Counted from the first letter of the stretch, positions 25,560-39,420 are shown. The stretch is DNA of 64,000 bases from Paraspadella gotoi (GCA_051294375.1 CM119270.1:9929086-9993085), one strand, 5' to 3'. Notes: generated by a model not told the origin, from the letters alone. Translations and numbers: made by a program.

Positions 25560-26184
25560 ATGACCAGGAAGCAAACACGCAGGGTTATTATAGGTTCCGG
25601 GTTCAATCCTTCATTCTCAATTTTTTTATCGCTCCTGGTTTCGGGTTCTTCAAAAATCGGCCGCTTCCACACTCCACAGTGTTCGCTTACGCTTTCCGGA
25701 TCGCGTCCACATCTCTGGTTTAAAACTTCAATACTGATGCTACTATTTTTTTTTAAAAATGAACAAAACATTTTTAGCCTTTTTTGGCCTCCCAGGGGTC
25801 CAACCCCAGGGCCATGTATCTCTGGTCAGGGGTTGAATATCAAAATTCGCCTCGATAGTTCCATTTATATTGTCATTAGCACTCTAAATGTAAAATTTCA
25901 TGAAATTCGATTGGGTAGTTTGGTGGGAACAGATTCTGGTAACAAAAAAGGGGTACTGTGGACGACACAAGTTTCAGAGTAAGAATGATTTATTCTTCAA
26001 CAAGGTTAAAAACGATATCAATAAAAGGCTCAGATGCTAAGTCAAAAACAATAGATATTTACAAGGTCAAAGTTTGACCATAAAGAGAAATGAGGGAAAA
26101 CGGTCGAGGGTAAGGTTGGCAAGTTCGGTTTTGACCAAGGTTGCGTGTTGTAGTTGTTCGTCCACAGTACCTCATTTTATAATA
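25560..26184 (+). repeat. Interspersed host repeat, possibly Helitron/Helentron-like; partial inverse copy at 20595-20960
   Basis: Shares gaactatcgaggcgaattt, ccagaa.ctgttcc and tattataaaatgaggtac with 20595-20960; interrupted by a solo LTR. Confidence 0.65.
25957..26166 (-). mobile_element. Solo LTR of the Gypsy element at 512-2150
   Basis: TGTGGACGA...TCGTCCACA 9-bp terminal inverted repeat; 4-bp TSD GTAC (25953-56 and 26167-70). Confidence 0.93.
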
Positions 26185-26233
26185 TGCAGCCTTCTGTAAA
26201 TGTGTGAGAGAGAGAGAGAGAGAGAGACATTAC

Positions 26234-26329
26234 TTGCGTTGCCCCCATGAGGATTTGCGCTAAAGCGGCGACGACAGCGACGTCTAACGCTGGAGAGACG
26301 CAACACGAACAGGAACGATCTCTCTCGTA
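26234..26329 (-). CDS. PRRT3/4-like exon 5 (TM6 start)
   Basis: tttcag| YERDRSCSCCVSPALDVAVVAALAQILMGATQ |gtaatg; 96 nt, phase 0/0. Confidence 0.85.
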
Positions 26330-26648
26330 CTGAAAGGGAGAAAAAATAAATGATGCTTGATCTTTTAATTTTCATTTAAATTTACATATGTACGATACAT
26401 ATAAATTATTTTTCATTTATTTTAAATTTTGAAAATGGTATTACGTAAAAGACGATCAGGACGGGCGCGAGGAGCGAGGGTAAGCCCTAAATCGACTCAA
26501 CTGTTTACAAATCCTCAATTTCCCAATCCCACTGAGCGTTAATCGAAAACGGGGGATAATACAATTGAAGAGATTTGTCTCCAATCCCTTTTCGTCCTCA
26601 CATGAGAAGAATACACCATTAACACTCACACTTCACACCCACACTCAC

Positions 26649-26768
26649 CTGCTTCGCCCTGTTTTTGGCGGCGACGACGACGAAAGCTCTTTTGATCACG
26701 TGATGACTCGCCAAGAAAATCAGTGTGAGGATCATGGACCACAAGACGTAAAACCCTTGCGCCGCCCA
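26649..26768 (-). CDS. PRRT3/4-like exon 4 (TM5)
   Basis: cttag| WAAQGFYVLWSMILTLIFLASHHVIKRAFVVVAAKNRAKQ |gtgagt; 120 nt, phase 0/0; not in the supplied ORF track. Confidence 0.88.
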
Positions 26769-27171
26769 CTAAGTAGATAATGTGTTAAAATATTTGTGAG
26801 AAAAATAAACTATTAATTAAATAACAAGAACGGTAATTCCAATGTGATGCGCCGCAGTGACTTTATTTTCACATGTATTTCCCTTTGATGACATATGACA
26901 TGACATGACTAAAAAACAGAAACAAAAAATCTTAAAGGAATAGTGATCTCACCAGACGAGAGGAGGAAATAAAGAAATAAAAAAAGAAAGACAAAAAATT
27001 GATGCGATGATAACCAATAATCAATAATTGATGCGATGATAACCAAATGATTGATGCGATGATAATCATTCATTGACGCGATGAATCATTCATCGTAAAT
27101 AAAACAATATGAGTGAGAGAGAGAGAGAGAAAGAGAGAGAGATATATAGAAGGAGAGAGAGAAAGAAAGAG

Positions 27172-27579
27172 AAAACAAGTTTGTGCAAACAATGTCGGAT
27201 CTGCCTACGATAATTAAGTGGTAATAAGCTAACGTGGTCAACTTGCATAATTTAATCAACTTGCATAATTTGGTCAACTGACATAATTTGGTTAACTGAC
27301 TAAATTTGGTCTACTGACATAATTTGGTCAACTGACATAATTTGGTCAACTGACATAATTTGATCAATTAAGATAATTTGGTCAACCGGCATAATTTGGT
27401 CAACTGGCATAATTTTATCAACTGGCCTAATTTGGTCAACTTGCATAATTTGGTCAACAGGCATAATTTGGTGAACTTGCAGAACTTGATCAACTTGCAG
27501 AATTTGGTCAACTGGCATAATTTGGTCAACTTTAAGAATTTGGTCAACTGGCATATTTTTGTCAATTGGCATAATTTGG

Positions 27580-27610
<31 letters not shown>

Positions 27611-28329
27611 GAGAGAGATAGAGAGAGAGAAACTTTAAAAAATACAAAAAAATGTGTCTTTTGGTTTTCTAATTTGAACTCTTTTCCACTCCTACGATTC
27701 CATCAAAAAATTTATATCCAGCTTTATCACATACTTTCCTACCCACACACAAAATTCAATTTCGATTTATCTATCCAATTTTTAATAAACATAATAATTA
27801 TGTGTAAATTTAAGTAAAAATACTTCAAGTAAATATGACTTTTGTTTTTTCCATTTTAACTCATTTCCACTCGCACGATTCCATCGAAACTTTAAATCCA
27901 GCTTAATCACACACTTTCCTACCATCATACAAAATTGCAAGTCAGTTGCCATATCCACTCATGAGCAATAGTGAAATATATTTTTTTGTTTTTTCCATTT
28001 AAACCAATTTCCACTCGCACGATTCCCTCGAAACTTCATATCCATCTCAATCACACAGTTTCCTACCCACACACAAAATTTCATACCAATCCATCCATCC
28101 AATCACGAGTAATTAGAGTTTTTTGCTAAGGTGGTATGGACGGACAGACAGACAGACAGACAGGCAGACAGACAGATGGACGGACATCATTTTTTTTGCA
28201 TAATTTATCATAATTAAATGTTCTGACATGATATAAGTGTGTGCCCGACAATATTGAGGGGGCGGACCGACGGACCGACAAAGTGAATTATAGAGTCGGG
28301 ATCTGCTGATAAGCAGATCCGACTAAAAA
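27172..28329 (-). mobile_element. DINE-1/HINE-like element, 18-bp-repeat subfamily
   Basis: Both termini, 18-bp array, ~90-bp repeats and GACA microsatellite present. Confidence 0.85.
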
Positions 28330-29162
28330 GAAGTCCAACTGTAAGAGATGATTTCAATGATTTTTCAATCTCATTTACATATTGCAGTATTAAATCTAAA
28401 TTAGACTATTTTCATTTTGAAATTTTCCGACTAAAAAGAAGTCCAACTGTAAGAGATGATTATTTAATATGATCTTAAATGAGATTTTTCAATCTCATTT
28501 ACATATTACAGTATTAAATCTAAATTAGACTATTTTCATTTTGAAATTTTTGGGAACAAACACGTTCCAGGCAAAGTGCAAGAATGATTGGAACACCGTA
28601 CCTTCATAAGCGACGGCACTTTTACTCGCAAGTGGCAACTCTCTTTCCTCTTCCTTTCTCATTTTCTCATTTCCTTGAATTTGGTAATACTTCTATTCTA
28701 GGGCCGAGAAATCTTCCTCACCCACTCCGCCCCCCCTCAGTGAATCAGGGAATCCTTGTCTTCCTAATGGGCGGAGCTCTTCTAAATTGTTTCATCACCG
28801 TCGGAGGCCGAAGTGAAAATCGGGGAAGAGAAAGACGTGAGATTCGCTAATCGGAGCAAAGAAAAAGAAAAAGTAGGAGGAAAGGGGAGAGGAATAAGAT
28901 TTAAGAAATAGGAGGAAATAGGAGTCATTAAAGTAATACTTATAAAAAATATATAAGTACTCTGTTATGTAGTTCTCTTTGTCAATATTTTGGCGACAAC
29001 AACAACGACAACAACAACGACAATAACAACGACAACAACAACAACGACTCTTTTTGCTATCGTCGTTTTTCTCTCTGAAAATGATTTTGATCATTACATG
29101 TTGTAAATATATTCGTGAAACATCTTATTTTTTCTTAAAATTCCTGCTAATTCATTTACCTA

Positions 29163-29604
29163 AGTGGTGAACCCTACCATCGAACACGCAACCTTCTCAG
29201 GATATGCTACGACAAACGCCTATGCCCCCACAACTCGCGCTCTCTCTCTCTCTCTCTCTCCCACTATGGTAACAGTCCTGTCAGACACCTCTCAGACTTG
29301 AGGAACCTGAGTGATGTCTTGGCCCGGGGATCCTGTGGTGGTATATTCACACCAACTAACGTCCACGATCGTTCAGCCAATACCATTGGCTCAGAGGGGG
29401 AACACACCATCTCAGGCGTTGTGTTTAATCCACACTCCACACAGTCCACAGTCCTAACGACTTTCCTCTGCGTTGGCAAATCGAGACCGTCCTAGGGTAA
29501 CCGCGCCAGTGACTGGATTCGTCATTGAAGGTCGGAAGCCCCCAAAGCCAACAGTGAGAAGCCCCATCCCAATGGGCATCACAGGCAACCCGGCTGTTGC
29601 CATA
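29163..29604 (+). mobile_element. TRIM-B: internal region (29163-29333) plus 3' LTR (29334-29604)
   Basis: AG-TGGTGAACCCTAC PBS-like start; ~170-bp non-coding internal region ending GGGGATCC; then the TGTGGTGG...GCCATA LTR. Confidence 0.78.
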
Positions 29605-30257
29605 ATATCGTCTTTTTGGTTGTCATTGCGTTCATTTTATTTTTGTTAGCACTTCCTTGTGATGTCTCAAGTTTAAGTGAAAGCTATACGAAGAAAACCC
29701 CCCCAAAAAAAAATATTGAAAAAGGAAGTGTAACGAATATTAAATAATTAAAAGAGTAAAATCTAAACATGTAAAAATCAACGGTTTTAAAGGAAAATAA
29801 AAACAAAAAGAAAAGAAAGAAATCAACTTCAAGATATTGAATGGAAGAAGATCGAGAGAAGAAATTCAGAGATGTAAATTCGGCAAAGAAGGAGATTGAA
29901 AGGGAAGAAAAGGAGAATATGGATTCAAAGAGGCGGAGTCAATTAGTGAAAAAAAAAACACCCTACTAAAAAAATAAAAAATTAAAATAAAATATAAGCT
30001 AAAAAAAGACTACATAAACTTAGGTAGTAGAAAATTCTTTCTTTGCCTCACGACATCATCATCCTCTCATGAGCGACTCTGTCCTCTTATCATAACTTTC
30101 ACTTTAGTTTAATAGGAAAAAGAGGCGCTTTTTCGATGATTAAAGAACCTTTTTAAATAATTTTTTTTTCGACTCGAAAGATGGCGAAGAGGATTTTTTA
30201 AAGCTGAAGTTTTCTTTTTTGGGTTTGCTCCATAACCGTGTTCAAGATTTATCACAG

Positions 30258-30336
<79 letters not shown>

Positions 30337-30361
30337 GAGAGAGAGAGACTTTTCCAATCAC

Positions 30362-30484
30362 CTGCAAAAAATGAAAAGTTTTAAAGATGGCGGCGATGAC
30401 GACGCAGGACATCGTGACGAGAAAGTGGAAGGTTGTGACGGTCATCACAGTCGCCGGATGTTTGAGTCCGTGAAGCAAGGAAGT
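30362..30484 (-). CDS. PRRT3/4-like exon 3 (TM4)
   Basis: tttcag| TSLLHGLKHPATVMTVTTFHFLVTMSCVVIAAIFKTFHFLQ |gtgatt; 123 nt, phase 0/0. Confidence 0.88.
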
Positions 30485-32025
30485 CTGAAAGAGGAGAACA
30501 ATTTTATGTTTTACAGTTGATTTTTTTTTGTTTAGTATACTAATCTAAAAAGTCAGGGGTGAAATAATCCTTAAGTTACGCTGACAAGTTTGAAAGAAGG
30601 AATACCTATTACTTTTACCATTCGTACTTCTCTTTCATTTCAAAACAGCAATTGATTATTAAATATTCGGGATCACACGCATTTTTTTCAATTTATAAAA
30701 AAATAGAAAATCGCGAACTGTGATTGGTCAATATTGGTCATCTGACCTTAAAATCTTTGTATTTTAAAGATTTTTTTTAGGATAAAAAGTTATTTGGAAT
30801 GAATATTTCGCACAAAACAATTGACAAAGATTTTGATAAATGTCTATGAATGAGTTGTATTCATTGTATTTCCAAGTGTTAACTGAAGTTTAGCCTAACA
30901 ATGGCCAGCGCCGCAACTTTCATAGTTTTAATTTTGCTTCCCGAATCAGATTCAGTCCCACATTTATTGATGTAGAAAAATAAAACTTAAAAAATCGACA
31001 AAACCAATCGCTATCCTTGGAAAGAAAAGACCTACCATTAAATTTGCCAAAAACGATGAATGAAAAAAAAATCTTGAAAAGATACAGGATCCTCGAACGA
31101 GACCTTACATGTCAAAGAAATTAATGAAAAGTAACTATAATCTAATTTGCATATTGCAGTAAATCATAATGATGTGAAAAATTCAAACAAAAAAATACTT
31201 GAATCGATATAAAAAAAAATAAATACACATTTCAGCTGCTCACATAATGGAACTTGATAACTAGAAACATTGTTTGATAGTTTAAAACCATAAACCGGCA
31301 AAAAAAAAGATAGAAATTTATTTTTTATTTTTGAGAGAAGATTATTAGAAGAGAAGTGGCGAGCGAGTTTCGCCTCGACTATGGTACGATGATAATTAAT
31401 ACATCTGAATGAGATGATAAGCATTCATTGACGTTATGATAATCATTCATTGATGTGATGATAACCATAGTGATTGATTGACTGATTGATATAATAGTAA
31501 TTGATGGATGTAATAGTAATTGATTGATTTTATGTAATTGTAATTGATTGATGTAATAGTAATTTATTTAATGCGGATGATAACCAATAATTGATGCGAT
31601 GATAACCAAAAATTGATGCAATCATTGACGCGACTGAGTCATTCATTCGTAAATAAAACAAACAAACCGTGTGTGAGTGAGAGAGAGAGAGAAAGAGAGA
31701 GAGAGAGTGTACGAACTTTGTTTCCAAACATAAAAACATATTCTGACTAATCTCAGAAGCCGTAAAATAAATCCACGAAAAACTCGGATTGTAAATTTGG
31801 GATTTTGTATTGAGAAAAAAGCGCGGAATAAATGGCCGATAATAAAAGTTTTTAGAAAGGAGAAAAATAATCAGAATTTTCGAAAAACGCACGATCACGC
31901 AAGAGTCGTACAAGAGAGAGAGACAGAGAGAGAGACCGAGAGAGAGACACACAGAGAGAGAGAGCAAAGAAGAGAGAGAGACACAGAGAGAGAGACACAG
32001 AGAGAGAGACACAGAGAGAGAGAAA

Positions 32026-32550
32026 GAGAAAGCTGGACAGCTGCTGGACAGCCGCTTCAGAACTGAACTCGTTTTTAGACGAATCTGAATAGGGTCGAAC
32101 TCCTTTCCTTTCTATAAATAAATATTAAAAAATAAATACTTGGGTATAGAGTCATATAAGAAATTTTTTGTACATTGAAAGTATAATTAAAAATGTATAA
32201 ATTTTCGTTTGAGCATGTTCCCAAACTAAATTTTTGACCCACCCCTTTGAGAGGGGCTTACCCTATTCGAAGAAAAAATAATCAGAGAGGAAGAGAGATA
32301 AAAGTGGAGAGAGAGAGAGAGAGATAGAGAGAAGCTGGACAGCTGCTGGACCGCCGCTGCAGAGCTGAACTCGTTTTCGAAGAATCTGAGTAGGGCCAAA
32401 CTCTTTTCCTTTCTATAAATAAATATTAAAAATAAATATTTGGTATAGAGCCATATAAGAAATTTTTTGTACATTGAAAGTATACTTAAAAATGCATAAA
32501 TTTCCGTTTGAGCATGTTCCCATACTAAATTTTTTATTCACCCATTGAGA
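32026..32550 (+). repeat. Two tandem ~300-bp units of an interspersed repeat
   Basis: agctggacagctgctggac...catgttccca.actaaatttt occurs at ~32030 and ~32333. Confidence 0.7.
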
Positions 32551-32551
32551 G

Positions 32552-33149
32552 TAGCGGGAGCCGACCAAATTCAAATTTTAATGGGAACAGCATTAAACTA
32601 ATTCATTATTGGTATTAATTATTGTTAAAATATTTTTTTGCAAAAATGTTCCGAACCATGAGTAATTCGCTAATTAATATTATTATATGTCTATATAATG
32701 TTAAAATTTTTTGGATATTTTAAGTTTTTTTAATTGATTCTGATAGAGCTTAAAAAGTTAAGCAAAAAATATAATTACAACTTTTTAAAATTTTGATGTT
32801 TTATTACTAAAAATTAGTAAAAACTGCTAAAATCATCGGATGATGATGATGATGATGATTTTTTAAGGTTTTTCTCAATTTTAACCCACTTATCATCAAA
32901 ATATTGGAAAAAGAATTATACTTTGTGTAGATAACTTTTCATAAGCTATTTGAATCTGCTTTTAAAAATAAAAAATTCCAAAAAAAATTTTTGACATTTC
33001 CTATCTATAAATAAATATTAAAAAATTAATTACTAATGCTTCTTGCCATTTTAGAAAATTTTGCTCCATTGAAAGTTTTCTCAGAAATGTATGAAGTTTC
33101 ATTTGGAAGGTTCCCAAATCAAACTTCTGACCCACCCCATTGACGAAGT
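32552..33149 (+). repeat. ~600-bp AT-rich interspersed repeat; inverse copies at 57628-58231 and ~63292-63894
   Basis: tagcgggagccgaccaaattc...cacccc attgacgaagt is near-identical in reverse complement. Confidence 0.8.
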
Positions 33150-34261
33150 CTTCCTATTGAGAGGGCTTCCCCTATTCAGAAGAAAAAAAGAGAGAAAGAG
33201 AGAGCGACATATAATTAAAAGAGAGATAGAGAAAAGCCTGACAGCCGCTGGAAACAGAAGCAGCAGCGATGGAGAAAAAGAGAAGAGAGAGCGCGACATA
33301 TTATTAAGAGAGAGAAAAGCTCAACAGCCCTTTTACTCTTACCTAACAAGTAAATACCTATGGCGCCCGAGGGAGCGCAAACGCCTCCCCAATCTGAAGG
33401 ACTCGGGTTCGCGCCCTTGTGAAGCATACAAGAAAAGCGGAAAAAAAGAAAAAGAAAAAAGGGAGAATGGATGGTAAACTGCTGTGCGGCATCGTCCTTA
33501 ATATTGGTGAGCCCACAATATATATATATATATATATAAATATAATTTTTTTTGTTAAAAAGAGAGAGAAGAGAGAGAGAGAGAGAGAGATAGAAGGAAG
33601 CTGACGATGCTGCACGACGCTGCAGAGCCAGAACTCGTTTTTAGACAAATCAAGAAGAAAAAAGAGAGAAGAGAGAGAGAGCACATATAATTAAAAGAAA
33701 GAGAGAGCGGAAAGAGACATATAATTAAAAGGTTTTTGTTTTATAAATAAAAATAAACAAATAGGAATATTGATATGAAACATGGGAATATTAAAGATCC
33801 TGATGATTAGAAGCCATATATAAATTTCCTATGATATCACACTTTTAGAAGCCACGATTGCAAAAAAGCGTGACGCAGACGACGACGACGACGACTACGG
33901 CACAAAGAAGCAAAAGCGAATTATTATAGAGACACGACCGGCTTCGCCCGGTCTGTCTCGATAAAAATATCTTGTTTTGATTTTCATTTCATTCAACTGC
34001 AAATGAGAAACCAAAAATACCCGTGTTACATCTTTCTCTCTCTCTCTCTCACTCATGACATAGATCCACTAGGAGTCCAGTAAAATTGATTTTGTATCAG
34101 GCATATAAACTCTCTTTCTCTCTATATTTTAAAAACGTCTGGTGAATGATAGGACATATAAGGAATAATTTATAACAGGGTCTCACAAGTTAATTACAAT
34201 TAAAATAAAATGATACAGAGTTGACCGATATTGAACCTTATCACCCATTCATCGACTTGGG

Positions 34262-35496
34262 TTTTTAGTCGGATCTGCTTATCAGCAGATTCCGACCCTA
34301 TAAATCACTTTGTCGGTCCGTCGGTCCCACCCCAAAATATTGTCGGTAAATCATTATTATCATATCAGAACGTCGAATTATGATAAATTATGCAAAAAAA
34401 TTCCATCCGTCCGTCCGTCCAATTACTCGTGATTGGATGGATGGATTGGTATGAAATTTTGTGTGTGGGTAGGAAACTGTGTGATTGAGATGGATATGAA
34501 GTTTCGATGGAATCGTCCGAGTGGAAATTGGTTTAAATGGAAAAAACAAAAAAATCTATTTCACTATTTGAACGCCAATTGCTCATGAGTGGATAGGGCA
34601 AGTGACTTGATATTTGTATGATGGTAGGAAAGTGAGTAATTGAGCTGGATATAAAGTTTCGATGGAATCGTGCGAGTAGAAATGAGTTAAAATGGAAAAA
34701 AACAAAAATCATATTTACTTGAAACATTTTTACTTAAATTTACTCATAATTATTATGTTTATTAAAAATAGTGAAACAAGTAATTTGCAAATTTTCATAG
34801 ACAAATTGAAAATGAATTTTGTTTGTGGGTAGGAAAGTATGTGATAAAGCTGGATATAAATTTCTTGATGGAATCGTAGGAGTGGAAAAGAGGTCAAACC
34901 AAAAGACACATTTATTTGAATTTTTTAAAGTTTCTCTCTCTCTATCTCTCTCTGATTGATTGATTGATTGATTGACCAAATTATGCCAATTGAAAAAAAT
35001 ATGCCAGTTGATCAAATTCTGCAAGTTGACCAAATTATGCCAGTTGACCAAATTATGCCAGTTGACCAAATTCTGCAAGTTGACCAAATTATGCCAGTTG
35101 ACCAAATTATGCCAGTTGATAAAATTATGCCAGTTGATAAAATTATGCCAGTTGACCAAATTATGCCGGTTGACCAAATTATGTTAATTGACCAAATTAT
35201 GTCAGTTGACCAAATTATGCCAGTTGACCAAATTTTGTCAGTTGAACAAATTATGTCAGTTAACCAAATTATATCAGTTAACCAAATTATGTCAGTTGAC
35301 CAAATTATATCAGTTAACCAAATTATGTCAGTTGACCAAATTATGCAAGTTGATTAAATTATGCAATTTGACCAAGTTAATTATCATAATTATAATCATC
35401 ATTATTATAATCATCATTATTATCATAATTATTATCATCATCAATTATCATAATTATCATAGGCAGATCCGATATTGTTTGCTCAAACCTGTTTTT
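34262..35496 (+). mobile_element. DINE-1/HINE-like element, 18-bp-repeat subfamily
   Basis: TTTTTAGTCGGATCTGCTTATCAGCAGATTCCGAC...(GTCC)n...~90-bp repeats...18-bp array...GGCAGATCCGATATTGTTTGCTCAAACCTGTTTT. Confidence 0.85.
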
Positions 35497-37873
35497 AATT
35501 AGAAGCATTATCTTGTCCCTTTCCAGACGATAGCGCAGCCGACAACAAAAGCTGAGCTGTTTTGGTATCAAAGAAGCCCAGGGCATTATTTTTTACTCTT
35601 TAAATCTTTCTCACTCTTTCACAATTTCCTATCTCTTTTTCATGTCTTTGTAAGTTCTTTTAATGCTTGCTTGTGAAGCAAGAAAAATACTTTACAATCT
35701 ATGAAATAATAATTAATTTTTTTATTTATTCAATTTAGAGACCTTTCATTAGGCAATTATAACATTTGGGATAGAGAGGAACATAAAGAGAGAAAGAAAA
35801 AAAAATTTGAATTAAATTATGTATCTTAATCTCATTTGCATATTATAATTTGCATATAGTAAAAAATGCCTAATGTGTGTAATAGTTATAAAAAGTTAGT
35901 TTCATTTTTTCATTCTAGTCTATGACTAGTAACGAAATAACCGAGAGGTAAACCTTAACTCCTTACTCGATCCGCCTTATTACAAATAAAGTACGATTTT
36001 TAATTCTTCAGCATTAATCATTCTTCTTGTCAGACTTTGAAGAATCTGACCGCGCTTCGTCCGAGTAAAAAAATATGAGGGCGAAGGAGGAAGGAATCTT
36101 GTGACTTGCGACGAGAACGTGAAAGGAAAGAAAGAAACTAATCTTTTTTGACCTCGAGTCTCGGGAGGAAAAAGAGGAAGAAAAAAATTAAATATAAAAA
36201 GAGTAAAAACTAAAGAGAAAAGAAATAAAATTTAAAAAAGAGGGAAAAATGAATTTAGCGAAAATTGGTCAGAAAATGACTAGGGCAGTGATTTCTATCG
36301 AGGAATTGAGCAAAAAAAACCACTTTTTGCAATATTGCTAGAATATTACCTACAAAATTAATTAAATTGCAACCCGAAGACAAAGTGGGCTAGACTACGG
36401 ATTAATTGAAGGAAATAGTTAGTAATATTTTAAATTAGCCTCCATATTAGTAATTATACTTTCGTTTCAAATTTTGTCTCTTCTAAATTTATCTCAAGTT
36501 CCAACAGTTATATATTTCAATAGCATTCCCAGAAACTCAGCGGCTATTTTGTATAACATTTTGTTCTAAAGTAGAATAAAACAACAGAAGAAGAACGAGA
36601 GGGAGCCGAAGATTTAATACATCTCCATTTTTAGGATCTCAAGGGAGCTAAGAAAGCAATATTTTAACACTGTTTGATTTATTAATAACCAAACTTTGGC
36701 AATTCTCACCAATTATTTCGAGGAATATACTTCAAAAACTAGATTAGACAGATTATGCAATAGATCCAGCTCTCTATCCGTCATTCTTTGAGCGGCCACA
36801 AGACCACGTTTACGCAACAATTTTGCTCACGTTCTACGTTACGGAGTCAGCCTCGAATGGTTATCGTACTACGGATGAGCTGTATAGTTGTCGCGAGTTG
36901 ATAGGAGTGAGTAATATAATGATTTATTTGTTTCTTTGTCTCATATGATATAAGCAATGCAGTGAAAGTGAAGTAAATTTTTTTCCTTAAAACGTTTGTG
37001 TATTTTAGTTTTTTTATTATCTTACCTCTCTGACATTAAGATATATGATGTATGATGAAAAAGAAAACAATTTTTGATGCTTTCTACTCTGAATCAACCA
37101 ATAACATTAACCTAAAAGCTAAATATTATATAAATCATGACATTTTTCTTATAATGTCTCAGATCTATTATGTCAAGCTGGCTAATGACTGATATAATAG
37201 TTTCACGACAGTCCTACTGATCAGTGCGTAGGGGTCGTGCCGAAACAACATCTTATCTCATCTTTTCTTCTTGAATTTCCTCCAATCAATAGATTGAGTC
37301 TCCAACCGACTCGGCAAAAGAATATTTTATTTCATGATTAGATACAATATTCTTTCGAATTTTTTCGACACTATATTTATCTATATTTCTATACTTATAT
37401 TATTATACTATATATGTCTATCTATCTATCATATTATAAATTTATTCTCCCTATTTTATATATATATATATATATATAACATTAATCTTATATATCTATA
37501 TTCGACTTGTCAATTATTATTTTTCTGTCTTCCTATTTTTAAATTTATTTCTTCGTCTATTATATATCTATACGGTTGAAACTATATCTATATATTGTAA
37601 CAGAGATGGATAGATATCACGAGTGGTACAGAGAGCAGATTAATTGGCTATAATATAGTTATTATCAAATCTCCCTTTATCGAGGGGAACCGTACCTAAA
37701 GAAATAAAAATACTGAGCTAAAACGATATATATACTTTATCAGTATATATAATATATCTATATATCTATATCTTATATTTACGATTACTTTATTCTATCT
37801 CTTATCGGACTGCTCTCTACGATCCGAGATATTAAAATCACTACCAAAATTTCAAACAAACAAACAAACAAAA

Positions 37874-38717
37874 ATGTACTTCTCGCGCACTATTGTCCGT
37901 AACCGCACGCCAAGAGAGAATGACCGTCGTGCAAAACTGTGCCGCCGCGCAGCCATGAGGGAACGGCCGTTGCGGAGGCTATGGATGCACGCGGAAGTGC
38001 AGAGGTCTGAGCCATCATGCGGAGCACACCGAAAGATGGATTCGAAATACATTCTTTTATACACGAAAACGCCGGCAACCGACAGCGATCCGTGGACGAA
38101 GAGACGACCGAGCACGCGATTGATCGAGAACATTCTACAACCACATGATGCATCCTTCAATCGGCTCCGCGAATCAGGGCGTCGACGTGCGGAAGATGAG
38201 TCGATCATGACTTTCACCCTCTGAATTGACCCGCTGCCAGGACGACACACGCCCACCGCTGTTTCGACCGACGAAGACAGGAGACCTCTTTGCCGAGGTT
38301 ATGAGGGCCGACGAATCGGCTGACGCGTCCGTTGGAAACCGTGCGCCGCCCGACTGTCTACCATTTTCCGACGCCAATTCTGCCGGCGCCAACATCGACC
38401 ACGGTCTCCGTCCGCCGAGAAGCCGCACGCCGCCGCTTCGCGGAGCTATTCTCTGGTCCGCTGGGATGCCACGATTTCGTCTCTGATTCGAATCCCCGAA
38501 TGCAACAACACTACCACCGAATCATTAGGAAATGGAGCGTACCGTAGAGGGCCGTGGCCGACGCCGAACGCGAACCCATTTCCGCGGGAAGGAGTCTTCG
38601 CACGTCTTTGGGCTTATCGAATGCGTTCTTGCCATGCAGCCGCCGCCGCCCGCCGCCCAGGACTTTGCTTCGAGAGTCCTGCGCCCCGGGATTCCATACA
38701 CCACTTGCTTTACTTAA
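37874..38717 (+). pseudogene. GC-rich, apparently intronless, frameshifted ORF of unknown family
   Basis: ATG after aaacaaacaaaa; sharp GC-rich island with overlapping ORF pieces in all three + frames; no recognisable domain. Confidence 0.4.
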
Positions 38718-39154
38718 ATTTTAGTTTTATTATTAATTATTAGAGCGATACTGCGCTTGAGCTGAATGATGAATCGAATGTCATTTACGTGAGGATTTTA
38801 TGTTCCTTCTTCTACTGCATGTACATGAATGTCCGAATTCTATTAGCGTCGGTGATCCTGTGAAGGCATTTCCAATGACATAGAAATAAAAGGTAGACAA
38901 GTGGTTACCTTATTCCCGTTCTCCAGGAGAGGCCGCAATTCATACCTAGCCATGGACCAGACCGACTGAAAATCGAAATCGAAATTTTGTACAAAACTTA
39001 CGCTTTTTGTCGACTCTAGAGTTAGGTTGTCATACCTGGCTTAGCTTATAGATATAACATTATTGTGTCGTCTCATCATACCGTCAACTTTTACAATATG
39101 CCGCCCGGATCATCTTATCGCAGAAAGTTTGGCAACACGACGCGACGGAAACAA

Positions 39155-39420
39155 TTAGAAAATTCGAAAATAGGTAAACACGCTGCTGCCTAAAAAATTT
39201 TCGCGATATTCTATTTCATTCATCTTAGCAAATAACAGCGCATGTAGAGCGTATATCCCTACCAAACAACAACTCTTTCCCTTCTGCAGGAGAAACCGAA
39301 AGCTGACAAATGAATTTAATTTCTGAAACACGAGGCCCTTGTTTGTACAAAATTCTAACCAATAATCACAAAATAAATTCCAATGAGTCAAGAACATCTT
39401 CCCCTTAGAATCTTTTTTGC
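39155..39420 (-). pseudogene. Possible fragment of a tyrosine-recombinase N-terminal (SAM-like) domain
   Basis: HWNLFCD...FCTNKGL...F..FLLQKGKS..LV.IY...AL resembles the W..F..WC...G...F..FL...GxS..T...Y..A pattern of DIRS/Crypton recombinases. No catalytic RHRY part seen. Confidence 0.35.

Noticed and set aside
30362-30484. SLC35 nucleotide-sugar transporter exon (TTFHFLVT)
   Set aside because: Splices in phase between exons with clear PRRT3/4 motifs.
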